From the NCBI GenBank assembly GCA_951406725.2, contig OX597815.1, positions 93,930,001 to 93,994,000 of the forward strand: 64,000 nucleotides of DNA. The letters are read 5' to 3'. The position numbers were made by a program, and so were the translations under genes. This DNA comes from Octopus vulgaris (taxonomy: Eukaryota). Positions 1 through 12,790 of the stretch are shown here, piece by piece; position 1 is the stretch's first letter; every line of letters starts with the position of its first letter. The notes beneath the pieces were generated by a model. It was not told where the DNA came from. It did no database searches and saw only the letters and a list, made by a program, of their open reading frames with translations.

Positions 1-158
1 TACTGGTATATTTTGATGAACTCAAATGAATAAAAAGGAAATGTTAATATCATCAGAAAGAAAAAGAATGTAGCAAAATATAAGAAATCACTCTGGCCAG
101 CATTCTATTAAATTCTGCCACCAAACATTCTCAAATTAAGAAATATTAAAAAACAAAC

Positions 159-487
159 CATTCCATCAACTTGAGCTCAGCAGCAGGAACATTTCTTTTA
201 CGTTTTTCTGTCAAAACTGTATCATCTAATCTAGAAAGAATCTTTGACCCAGCTCCACTTGATTTGGCTGTCTCAGTGGTAGGCTGCTTGGCTTTATTCT
301 TTGTGTCTGTTTTAGTAGGAGTAGCTGCTGCTGTACTGGATTCAGATCGGTTTGAAGCATCTTCATCTGCTGCAGATGGTGTTGCAGTGGATGCTGCTGT
401 GCTTGCTGCAGCAGCTGCTTTAGATTGTTGTGCAGTCTTTTCAGCAAGGTATTCTGCTGTCACTCTCTTGAGTTTGATGGCTGGCAT
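159..487 (-). CDS. First coding exon of an unidentified gene (low-complexity Ala/Ser/Thr/Lys N-terminus with KRKR NLS-like motif); gene continues beyond window start
   Basis: Acceptor TATTTCCAG| with exon starting at 501; ATG at 487 in GCACCATG context; open frame MPAIKLKRVTAEYLAEK...TEKRKRNVPAAELKLME; donor G|GTTTGT at 158 (phase 2). No family recognised. Confidence 0.8.
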
Positions 488-1999
488 GGTGCAATATAAA
501 GCTGGAAATAAGAAAATAAATACTTTTAATAACAATATGCATTTATTAGAAAGAAATTTATTTTAATTATAAATGATGTTGACAAAGCCACTTCTACATT
601 ATACCATCACCTACATAAACTTTAAAGGAAACTTCCTAACAATAAAGAAGTACATCATATCTGTATAGCTACACCATCCTCACCATAATTTTTGTATGCT
701 TCAACACATCTGCCTATATATATGAAGGTTTCGTCATCTGTTCTGATCCTATGCTTTGACATTATACTACACAGATTATTTACAACTACAAAATGCATCA
801 TGCAGTGATCAATTTTACTTAGCAACATTACCTGATTTCTATGCAATTTACATGACACCATCACATTTCTATACCATATATCTAAACCATATATGCTGCA
901 TTTCTCAGTCACCTACATTAACACCATCACTCTTCTAACAATGTATTATACAAATATCACATAATTCACTTTATTCTGTAAAACGTCTTACATTCAGCTG
1001 ATAAGTGAAATAATTAAAAAGTTCAACATCAGCACATAACTTTCCATTTAAATCATCATATTTAATACTCTTTAATGAGATGATACAGTTCATATAGTCA
1101 ACTCTATTATATAACTGATACTTATTTTATAAACACTAGCAGAATGAAAGGCAAACTTCACTACAGTAAAAAAATAAACATTTAACTAAAGAAAAGTTTC
1201 ATGCTTCTCAAGTTCTGGTGTTCTATTTTATCCTTTAAGCTTTAAAAAAGAGAGAGAGAGAGATGGTAGGGTGGTGGGAGAGAAAGAATAATTTCACTTC
1301 AAACTCGTTGCACTTTAATGACTATTAAGACACAAATCTTTTGGAAAAGAGCCCCTCTTAAACTTGATAAAATATCTTTGATATCAATATATTTCTCTAT
1401 GAGAATATAATTTTGGAGTGAGTGCTATTATTGGCAAGAAAAATTATACCGAAATTTAGGCAATAACTTAGTTACCTCCCTTGTTATACAACTATCCTGA
1501 ATGCATATTAAAAATCTGTTATTTGCACAATACAAAACAGTTGGAAGTTAAAACTGATGCAGTATATGAGAAATGTATTGAAGCTAAGTGAGAAAACGAA
1601 AAAATATCTATTGAAATAGTATACAGTGACTCATAGAAAACCACAACAAATTATCTATTATTTATTTTGCAGGCATCTAAAAACACTAGCCTTGATGATC
1701 ATTTGAGTTGAAAGGAGTCCAACAAGATAATGATTTACAATTCATAAAAAAACTTGATAGGTAAGTGAAAGCAAAGCTAACGTCATTAAAAGGTAATGAC
1801 ACTGAAAGTACCTATTCTTAATTTAGGAGCTAGAGAGAACTTATATTTCCAATGTATAGTTCTTTCATTTTACTTCTGCTGGTAATAATTTGAGAAAAGG
1901 CATGAATATCACAACTTCTCTCTCACAAACATCACTAGAGATGATCCCTTGTTTATCACAATTATCTTGACAAGTGATTCTATCTACAAGTAAAAGTAT

Positions 2000-2150
2000 G
2001 TGACCAAGTTATCAGGGTGTTGAGATCACAATCATAAGGCTGTAAGTTCAATTCCTGAACCAGGTGGAACTTGTCTTCTTAAGCAAGTCAATTCATTTCA
2101 GGTTACTCTAGGATAATAAACTGAAAATAAGTGCCAGTAGAGTGCTGGTG
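2000..2150 (+). mobile_element. Old tRNA-derived SINE remnant
   Basis: B-box-like AAGTTCAATTCC followed by CTTAAGCAAGTC; decayed. Confidence 0.45.
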
Positions 2151-3859
2151 CAGCCCTCTCTCCTCCCAGCAGGATTTCACTGGTTTCAAGAATGGGAGGG
2201 CTGAGAGGGTGTCTACATCAGCTTATGATTACAAAGGCACTTAAAACAATTTGCAATAGCAGAGCACATGCTACCAAGTAATACTTGCAAATAATGGCTA
2301 TGTTTTTTTTCTTTTTTTCTTCTCTGGCAAGGATAAATTTAATCTCTTTCATTAAACAAGTTTGGAAAGAAGGTGTGTATAACTAATTCAACCAAAGTAT
2401 ATTATTAATATTAATTCAAGTGGTTCTGAAAAGACGAAAGGTAATTAACCTGAGTAGGTTTTGAACAATTCAAAATATTGAGATATATTGTAAGTTATTT
2501 ATAATCTATTTTTGGAATTTGATAAGACTATTAGCAGTGCTTGTCAATAAAGGCTGCATGGTGAAGGTCTCTATTTGAAATGTTAGGTATTTCCATTTAC
2601 AAACTATATGAAAATGACTCAATTTCCTGCTGTAGAGCTATTAGTTTTGGTACTCCATTTTAGAGGGATGCAGTTGAAACTTTTACCTGGACTTGCATAT
2701 AATAGTAGCTTAGTTAACTCCCTTGTCATTTCACTTGCTTTCTGAATTCCTGTATACTCGAGTCAATGGTTAACTTAACTTGCAAAGAATAATAGCAGCC
2801 AAATTTATAGTCAATTATTTTCAAAAAAAAGAGGGAATGTTAGATAATGTAGTTTAAGATGCCTCTAAAAAGACAGGATGGTCATGACTGGAATGGTATG
2901 GTCGTGGGTATATTGACCAATGTTGTCAATTCCTTCAGATCAATAATACTTTTTAAAAGCATAGTGGGACAGACCTCTAAGTGTCCACTAAAATTGAACA
3001 CAGAATTACATTTAGTTAAAAATACCCTCCTTACATACTATGTAGAAGTTGTTTGCAGTCAATATTTTATTGTTACTTATTTCAAGAACCCTGAAGTGAG
3101 AGTCAAGACCCTACCTAATAGTAGGATATAGATGGAACTTTAAATATCATAAAACATCTGGGTTAATCAGATATTTTACATATTTATATGAATTGTAGTG
3201 AATCACAAATAGACAGCTCCAATGTTCACCAAGGCAATTGTTTACGGATGCTTAGTTTCTCTTGCCTTTGTTATTACATACCAATAGACAAGCTCTGATA
3301 CAGTAAATCTAGCCATGCCTATCTCATCTTCTATTCAGATAATACATATAAAGCTGCATTTAAAACATTCTCAAGGGAAGTATAGCACTAAACTATTGAT
3401 CAAGAGGGATGAAATGAAATCAACAAGACCGTTTAAGTTAAGATCTTGTCACAAGAAATAATCTTTCTATGGGTGTGTATCATTATTATTACTTAAGTAA
3501 TGACAGTGAGTAACAGAAAAATATTTAGATATATACCTATGTCCTCAATTCAAATCTTACTGAGAGAAGTGGGGGGAGGGAGCTTTATTGCACCTGTAAG
3601 TTCAATAAAATATGATCAGACATGGACTGGGGCCAAATTAAAGTGGCCTTGCACATCATTATTACATTTATTATACTGCTCAATAAAGTTTGAACGAACT
3701 TGTGTTAGTGAAATTTAATAACATTACAACTCAGAGTCCATCCGATGCCTACTAAATAAGAAAAGTAAATTGGAAATATCTTACAAAACTATCAAACTAC
3801 TCAGAGAGAGAGAGAAAAATGGAGTGACAATGGTTGTGAAGTTAACATGGTAATATGGT

Positions 3860-4044
3860 CAAATGTCATCATCATTCAACATCTGTTTTCCATCCTGGCA
3901 TGGGTTGGGCTCCTGGAGAGCTGCCCAGGCTCCATCAGTCTGATCTCTATGGCTGGATGCCCTTTCTAACATCAACCACTTAAGAGTGTGCTGGGTGCTT
4001 TTACATGGCACTAGCAGAAGTGCCCTTTGTGAGGCACCAGCATG
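3860..4044 (-). mobile_element. RTE-LINE 3'UTR/tail fragment
   Basis: (CAT)n start, then GGCATGGGTTGG...GCTGGATGCCC...GGGTGCTTTTTAC; reverse complement of the tail at 15880-16057. Confidence 0.75.
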
Positions 4045-4486
4045 AGTGCTTTTTATGTGACACTGGCGCAAGTACTTTTTATGTGACGCTGGTGCAAGTG
4101 CTTTTTATGTGATGCTGGCGCAAGTACTTTTTATGCAATGCTGGCCGAAGTACTTTTTATGCGACGTTTGCGCAAGTACTTTTTATGCAATGCTGGCTGA
4201 AGTACTTTTTATGCGACATTTGCGCAAGTACTTTTTATGCAATGCTGGCCGAAGTACTTTTTATGCGAAGTTTGCGCAAGTACTTTTCCTGCAACGCTGG
4301 TGCAAGTACTTTTTACATGACGCTGGCACAAGTACTTTTTACGTGACGCTGGCACAAGTACTTTTTATATGACACTGGAAGAAGTACTTTTTATGTGACA
4401 CTGGCACAAGTACTTTTTATGTGACGCTGGCACAAGTACTTTTTATGTGATGCTGGCGCAAGCACTTTTTACGTGGCACCAGCACA
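4045..4486. repeat. 26-bp minisatellite, 17 tandem units (consensus AGTACTTTTTATGTGACGCTGGCACA)
   Basis: Units start exactly every 26 nt from 4045 to 4461. Confidence 0.95.
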
Positions 4487-5349
4487 TGCCATACTACTAA
4501 TTTTGCTTTAACCATTTTGCCTTCAATGGGAATGAGAAAGAAGAAAACAATAATTCCTTACTATTACTCTTATCAGAAATATTATTTTATTAAATGTTTC
4601 ACTAAAATTTACCACATAAATCTTGGAATAGCGCTGGAACCAATGCATCAAATATACAATTTAAATTGCCAAAGAAAAATAACCTTGAAAATTATAAAAG
4701 AACAGATCTCTTGAATTAGCTTATTGTTTTCAACATGGATTTTGTAAAAAATCAACAGCTATCAATTGGAAAAGTAAAATTGACTTTTTTTACAAGAGAT
4801 ATACAAAAAATTCAAAGAGGTTCTCTCCTCTTAGCAAGAAGTGATCCCATCTTGAATATAAGTTAGTTTTATTCATCTCTGAAGTTATAAACCACTAAAA
4901 TACAAAATACAACTAGAAAAGCAGAAATTTAATTAAATCTCATTAGGTATAACTTTTAATTTACACACTAGCTATTCTGATAGATAATAGATTGATAGAC
5001 ATTCCTAAGGGACAATCTACTGATTAACTTTGTGACTGGAGCAATGCTCCACTCAGGCAGTGGGTAGCATGGTGATAGAATAGTATAGTAGATAGGGCAA
5101 TAAGATTTAAGCCGTGGGCCTGGGAGGAACAAAAAAAAAATAGAGAGTAGCAAGCAGCAATATATAAAAAGTAGTTAGTAGCTTGAAAGTAAGAAGTTAG
5201 CTAATGTTCTCTAATGCAAAGTTAGGAGTATAAAGTATAACAGAATGTCACTGAATAGAAATCTCATCTAAACCAATAGCACAATTAATCTGAGTGGCAG
5301 AGATGAGAAAAAGACATGAAAGTGTTACTGAGAGGTTGTAAATGCAGAG

Positions 5350-6450
5350 TATAGAAATATCATGGATTACTTAAAATGAAATCAATAAAGGAGATAACTG
5401 TAATAAGTAAATTAAATGATAATAGTAAATCAAGTAAGGACATGCAGGGACAGAAAGCAATAGGTCCTTCAGGATTAGTTGTGAAGATGCTGAAAATTTA
5501 GAACTTATAATTACATATTTAGTTAATCAAGTAGAAAGGGTGTTATTTCTAATGACTGACACAGTAATATGACTTTAAAAAGTCATGACAAATAATATAT
5601 ACCAGATAGCTTAAGTATGATACTTTTTGAGTTGATACTAGAATGTAGATTTCCAGATGCCATATTTCTTGTTAAATATGAAGGTGATCTGTAGATAGAA
5701 AGGTACTGAGAAAACAAAGTGTAGATGAATTGTTTGTCAAGCTATCTACAAGAGTGCTGCAAGATTTAGGTTGGCAATGAGTTTAAAGAGAACTTTAGTG
5801 TCAAGGTATGTTCACTAGAACTGTCTCAACATCTATTAATATTTGGACAATAGTATAGTATATCAAGATTGTATACTCTAAGTAAGTTTTATATACTGGT
5901 AACTTGATGCTAGTTGGTGCTAGAATCTAACAAAAATTTATAGTCCAAAGGTCTAAATATTAATATGAAAAATGTAATGTACTAGTTGGTAAAGGAAGAC
6001 ACAAAACTGTAATGACAGCTGAAAAGTGGCTTTGCTCAATATTTAGAAACCTGATACAGGGTACACTATGTGAACAATGAAGACACACTAATTGCAGTGA
6101 AATAACAGAAAAATTAACCAAGATACAGGAATTAAGATGTAAGAAGTAGTTGATACTGTGACCTATGTGACTTAACTAGCGAGGTTGTAGGGAAAACTAG
6201 AGTAAACAAGTGAAAAATGTTTAGTGAGTTATCTCTGTTATCAAAATAGGGTTCTTGTGTATAAAACAAATTGTATGCAACATATATAAGAATGGCAATG
6301 CTATGATAGTGAGGCATGAGGCATTGGCTGTAGATCTGTGAATGTTGGAGAGAAATGAGTCAAGTAAAGTTTACTGGATGTGTAATTTTAACCTACAGGA
6401 GAGGTAGAGTACAAGTATGTGGTGAACAAGAGACTGGGTAATACATATAG
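5350..6450 (+). mobile_element. Highly decayed RTE LINE RT region
   Basis: Collinear similarity to the RTE at 13721-15550, e.g. GTTGGCAATGAG (5770) and AAGTGGCTTTGCTCAATA = KWLCSI (6024). Confidence 0.6.
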
Positions 6451-9400
6451 GTACTAGCTGAAAAGTATAGGAGCCCTACCAATCCTGGGCAAGTATTGTG
6501 CACACTCTTAATCTAGATCTTCCTACTGGCTCAGTGATAGTACACATTTTAGCCTATTTGATCATAAAAGTTCTAGACTGCAGATTGAAGATTCATATTC
6601 ACAACTTGCCATGAAACTCTGGCTGCCAAGACATCAAAGCAAATGATATCAAACCTAGCTTCAGCTTTTGATATACTAACTTTGACTCAATGAGTTAAAG
6701 CTTTTCAATAAGTATTATATATAACTATATATTCATATATACCAATACCAAAAGGTAGTAACTGTTAGAATATCTGGCTGTAGATTACTTAAATTCATTC
6801 AATCTAAAACCAATAGTAAGATATTTAAGAAAGCGTCCTTGGCAACAAAAAAGTTAAGTGGCTCATATCCCCTTGCCCTGCCCCTTCGCTGGTACTATAC
6901 TGTGAACTTCCCATTGTATAGGACACTATTCTGTGGAAGGTAATATTTCGAAATCCAATAGCATGTAGAATTAAATAAACTACCAATTATACAATAACAC
7001 AGCTGTGGTTGACAAACTTATTATTCTGACATTCTTTTTATTTGGTCATTTCATCTCTGCACGAACACAATGTTTGATGTATTGGCACATGCATGTACAA
7101 CATATTTTGATGACAAAGAAACATGTACATTCCACAATTTCACAACATGTGTATTGAACAAACACACACATATAACGTTCGTGAGCACGCGCGCGCGAAC
7201 ATATACGCAGAAGTTGTTTATTATGATTATGGATGGTATCAAAATGTTATCAAATAGTTATCGTTATTTAAAAGGCTCCGTCCCAAAGTAATCACAATAA
7301 GCAAAGGTGTGTGTGTGCGAATGTGTGTAGCGCGCATACATACAGGCACATATGTATATTCTTATTAACTTGATTTAAACATCAAAATATATAACCAAGC
7401 AACATAAAAAATGTGACTAAATATACATCAATGAAGAATTTTAGTCAGATATCCACCTCTCTCACACACAATCATGGCAACTCCCAAATAATTTAAGCAA
7501 AATTTCAGAGTAAAATGGAGAATGAGCAATTTTTTCTTCTTTATGGCACGTCTGGATAACAAGTACTAAATAATTAGAAAATAAGAGCCAAACGAATTTT
7601 TAAAGTGAATAAAATGAATTTAGGTCATTGTTGGGAAAGGGTGTGACGATAAACTTTAAAGAAATTGAGGGGAGGGGCAAGTAATCCAGAAAGATAATCT
7701 GGCGGTATTGGCATAATTCAACACAGGTGTGTGTATATAATTCCTCGATTGTTTAATCTAGACAGGTATTGAAAAAGCACAATATCTCGTGGTTAGTAGC
7801 CGAGAAAGGATTCGAATTTTTTTTATGAGAACAAACAAACAAATAAGTGTATTTAATTCAAAACAAAAAAATTGCTTATAAACGTTTCACCTATTTGATG
7901 GGGTTGTAAGGTGGAAATTAAAGAAAAGAAATACAGAAAAATAAACAACGTCAATTTATTCTAGAAAGCAAAAAACAAACAAAAAAACTATAGTGTCGAT
8001 AGAGGAAGGAGTCTGTTTACTACTTGGATATGGAAATCAATAATGTTGGCAGTGATATGTTTACGTTGATTACATTTGTCATATATCAAGATACGATAAT
8101 TTAAAATTAGTATTTTCTCTAAATAATATATCGTGGCCGCTAAAGATTATGGGATAAAATATAAATCTTTTTTAGAAAAGCATATCTCTCTCTCTCTGTA
8201 TGTATGTATACATATATATATATTTTGATCAATATAATCGTGGTGAATCCCAATCTGAAATTCTACATCAATTCCACTGAGCTACTAAGTTCTCATTTGC
8301 TGCTATAAAACAGCACATTCTCCATTATATGAAATATTGGAATATACCGTACAACGGTCTATCCGCCCCTTTATTACATTGTGTTACATGACTACTGACT
8401 GATGTCATGAGAGCGGGGCAACACTTGGAGCTGAAAGGGTTTATGCACACATAAAAATAAGGTCAATAAGCAGTAAGTATCCGAAATGGAAGACTCTTGT
8501 ACATTAAAACGTACGCTAATATATATATATATATATAAATAAATAAATAAAAGAGATGGATGGTGTAGTATGCCCATGTTAAACAACGATTACTTCCAAT
8601 ATGTTTAGCAACAGAACGAAATGAAAATACTGCAACAGAAATCAATAGCATCGCTTCAGAATTCACGCGCACGCGCGAATGAATGAGACACGTTAGCAGT
8701 TGATATAACATCAAAACTTTTAACAATTTACATTTTGAAAAATATATCCCTAACACCTGATCTAGAGTATTGAAATTAAACACGCAACACTGGCTAACAT
8801 TATTACTTCTTTTCGAACAAATCAAATAAATTTATCAATTATGTACAATATTTTCATTGGAGAGATGAGGCAAAAATAAACACTAGTGAATGTAAACAAT
8901 TCTTAAGAAGATTTCGTGAAACACGTAGATAATATATATAACAAAATTATAAGACTAACGACGAGGGAGCCTTTACGTGGTCACTCAATCTACTAAAAAT
9001 AGCAGCTAAAAATTCTTCTAACCATACCATTGCATCTTAAAAAAGGGACATACTGGAAAATAAAATTTTGATAAAAAAGAAAAAAAAATCAATGCTTGAT
9101 CACGGCTGAAACGCTATTGATTGATGATAGGTTTGCTTTGCCACTGCAAAATAGGGCTAAACAATGTAAAGCGAGAAAAATATAGCAACTGTGCAAATTT
9201 TAGTAGTTGGTGTAAATTTCACCTATAAAGTATACACACATATTTTTATTTTCGTTCCTCAAGGATCGTATGTAGTGAGGAACTACGAGTAGTGAGAGGC
9301 TTCTCACGAATAAACTATACATTGAGTACTTCTGTTTGTGTATCCGAAAATCACCACCAGCGATGTAAGCGAAACCGTAGTTTAAAATGAGATCGCTGGT

Positions 9401-11299
9401 TATTGTTGTTTACCCTTACGTAAACCACGATCGAGCAAACCTATAGTTAAAGGCCTGCCAACCACGATCATATCGGCCTTTTTTTTTTGTGTCTTTTAGG
9501 TTATACTATCCAATATTTTAATATATTAAAAATGTAAGGTGTGATTTAGCTGCTATCTCTAGCAAGTGCAACAATACACGTATAGGCGCTCTCGTAAACT
9601 TGGAGAGAAACTGGTTGAGGAGGAAAGCGAAAATATACATCATGTAATAGAATGGTTGGAACATAAATATATTACATTACTGGCAGAAAATATTTGGAGT
9701 ATTTAACTAAAACGTAACATCAGGTAAAAACTAAACACATACACATATACATACATGACTATGTTCGTGCAGGTGGTGGAGTTTACTAACCGTTTTAATT
9801 ACATATTTTTATATTTTAAAAAGCTATAAATATACGTATGTTGTGGATAACTATCTGTTGAAATGTTTTATAAGTCATTACTTCAGAAACTTTAATGGGA
9901 TTCCTGTGAATAATGCTTCAGCAATTCAGTTAACCAGCAACAAATGAATGCATTTGGACATAGGGCTGATTAGAGACTAAACGACGAGTGATCCTCTTCG
10001 TCTGCTAGAAGGAAGAGCCAAATCTTATTTTTAAAACATAAACTATGCATTTAAGGAAGGACTGATAGCGACTCCACTAGCAAAGAAATCCTTGAATTGT
10101 TGTATTATTAATTCTTTTGAACTTCACGGTCCTAATATAAAAGGCTCACAGTAAGATATGTGTGAAGCCGAAATGAAAGTATCAGCAACTCGTTATTTAG
10201 ACCCAAGTGCATTAGCGTGGACAACTAGCTAGGTCAGGTTCCCTGGTAACATACATAAAAATATTAAGTATCATGAAATTACCACAAAATTCACAAATAT
10301 GGTAGGATTGTTTTCATTTAGAAAATTCGCTACTACACACTAACACAAACAACATACTCATAACACAAATTTGTCTTTTCTGTAATTCAGTATTTTTGTA
10401 AATAGTGATGGTCGCCCATAAATACTATGTTTGACACTTGCTAATAGGCAATGTTGAGGTCTCTCAGCCCTTTCATCAATAGACGTTCCAGCTATAATCG
10501 TCCCCGTTTTTAATTCAAACAGTGGTATCGAAAACTACACTATTCAATGTCCTACATTTTAACGAAGAAGGTAGGATGTGATTTAAAGATTTGGCTCTTC
10601 GTTCTAGCAGATAAAGAGGCCATGAAGAGGATCACTCGTCGTTTAGTCTCTAATCAGCCCTATGTCCAGATGCATTCCAACCGTGACCACCCATCCAGTC
10701 TTTATGTACATCTAGAATCATTATCCAATGTGGCCTTCCCCTTTTTTATGTGGGGTGTAACGTGGAGATGGGAATACTATTTCTAGTGGGTTAGCGACTA
10801 CATAGAGGCCTCCTTGTTTAGTTGCTAATAGAAGTGGAATTTCCAAAGGAATAACAGAAATGCATGATCAATCAACGTTTACAATTAGAAGAAACTATGC
10901 AAAAATACAAACATGATGAGTATTTGATTGTTGTTTAACCCCAAATCAGCTTTGATTGAGCAAACCTATGATCAAAAACATTCCAGCTGCGACCATCCAT
11001 CCCGCCCTTTTTCTTTTCACAAACCTAATGTGTATGGGATGACATCATTCAATGTATACTGTTTTTAGCACTATAGGGAGTGAGTTGAGGGAAATTTGTA
11101 AACTATTTCTAGCTAATCGAGCGAAAACGTAACGGCCCCTTCTTTGGCTCGTGGTGTAATCAGCAACATCGCGGGAAAGTATGTATTTGTAAGAAGATGA
11201 AATGAAAGCGAAGATAATTAGTAATGTTGATACACTGAATTAGCAAGGGAGAAGACAGACAGATAACAAGATAGAGGTGTGTGTACGTGTGAAAAAGAA

Positions 11300-11790
11300 G
11301 AACGACGGCGGCAACAAGCGTGACTAGTAGCCATTTTGAATACTAATCAGCAGATGACCTTTCGTAATGACACACATTTTGACGTCATTTCAGCACTATA
11401 CTGATGGACAGCAGATGTTATTTTCATTGTTTGCAGTCAGAAAAATGCTCAAGCCAATCTGTCAGACCATAAAGAAATATACAATTAAGGAAAAAAGGCA
11501 TCATTTCTTACCGTGTCGCTATTAAATAAGACAGCAAAACGTGCATTCAAAGATTCAGGGCTGGTTGAGAGGAAAACAATGATGGCGCCAAGATCTGACC
11601 AATAGGGAGTGCAGAGAGTAGATTTATGTAAATTAGCAACTTGTACAACGTCGTAGTTGTGCTAGTAGTAGTGACAGGAGGAGGTAGAAAAGAACGGGTA
11701 GGAGGAAATAAACAAACGTGGGAGGAGGGAGAAGCTAAGATGTAGGAGGTATGACGCGCAACGAACACAGTTAAACACGCACACTTATAA
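11300..11790. promoter_or_regulatory. CpG-rich promoter-like region with YY1-like GCCATTTT (~11330), CRE TGACGTCA (11380-11387), GGCGCCAT and CCAAT box (~11599)
   Basis: Motifs read directly; non-repetitive and locally CpG-rich; overlaps candidate 5'UTR exon. Confidence 0.45.
11512..11594 (-). other. Candidate 5'UTR exon of the unidentified gene
   Basis: Strong donor CACG|GTAAGA at 11511; possible acceptors ...CCCTATTGGTCAG| (exon from 11594) or TTTTCCTCTCAACCAG| (exon from 11560); alternatively a first exon just downstream of a CCAAT box. Confidence 0.5.
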
Positions 11791-12571
11791 ATACATATCA
11801 TAGATATATCATATGTATATAACGGATAGATATCAATGGAAAAAAGAACAGGACCGCAGTTAAATGGGATATACACGCGCGCACACACACACACATATAT
11901 ATATAGAGTATCTCTATGTGATGTTGCAAATTTCAACCAAAGCGATACATAACGAAACATCTATATACAAGACTGCTTGCATGGCCTAAATATCAAAACC
12001 CCCACCAGCCACTTTTATTTTACAAATGAATAAATTATGAATAGTTATGAAGAGAAAGAAGAACCTACAGTAAGACTAAAAGCAACACAATATGTAAATT
12101 TATATAAAAAATATACACACATTTACATATAACACACATGCACACATATTTATATATGTCTTCATAATATTTTGTATCTATTTATATACGTTTTTAAAAA
12201 TCTCCTATGAAGTTAAACGAAAAACCTTGGTCTATGCTAGAAATTTATATTGCTAGACAGTCTAAAAAGAATAAATGAAGCAGGTATATGTAAATGAACA
12301 AAGTTGCATGCAAGATTTTTATGTGAACAAGGAAGGCAGTTAGAGTTTAACTAAAAAGCGCCATTATCAACTGACGCGAATCTTTTTCTTAAATCAATTC
12401 AGCAAAAACATCCAGCAAAACACTACTTGAGAAAAATAAACAGATGGCAAGGTGAGATGAAATAGCAAAAAGAGAATAATTGAATGCAGGTAAAAAAAAA
12501 ATTAAAAACTCTCTAAAGCATCGGCAGAAATTTGTGAATAGTTAAAGAATTATTAATTTTCTATCACCTAC

Positions 12572-12790
12572 CTGAAGCCGGAGATAAAATAAAAGCAAAC
12601 GAAGAGTTGAATATCTGCGAAGGGACTAAGTGAGACAGAAGACACACACACAGACACAAACACTTACAGACTCACATACTTACGGATACACGCACATATA
12701 CTGAAAGTGAACCACTATAAACTTGACGACTACATTTACACAGTCGAACCATGGAAGAACACTTTTTCCCGTGACATCATCGCAACAAAC
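12572..12790 (-). other. Candidate upstream or alternative first non-coding exon
   Basis: Consensus donor CAG|GTAGGT at 12571 in unique CpG-containing sequence; 5' boundary is a guess. Confidence 0.45.

Noticed and set aside
171-566. 131-aa plus-strand ORF
   Set aside because: Antisense shadow of the Ala/Ser/Thr-rich minus-strand exon, which has the splice signals and start context
665-695. Hammerhead-like CAGATGACGAAAC on the minus strand
   Set aside because: Core is CAGAUGA rather than CUGANGA, with no stem II or flanking stems
4045-4486. CRISPR-like constant/variable periodicity
   Set aside because: Variable halves are only ~14 nt and homologous to one another; no cas genes; eukaryotic context; it is a minisatellite
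7785-7825. Mini Pol III unit (GTGGTTAG...GGATTCGAA-T run)
   Set aside because: A-B box spacing too short and no supporting structure; likely chance or a SINE relic
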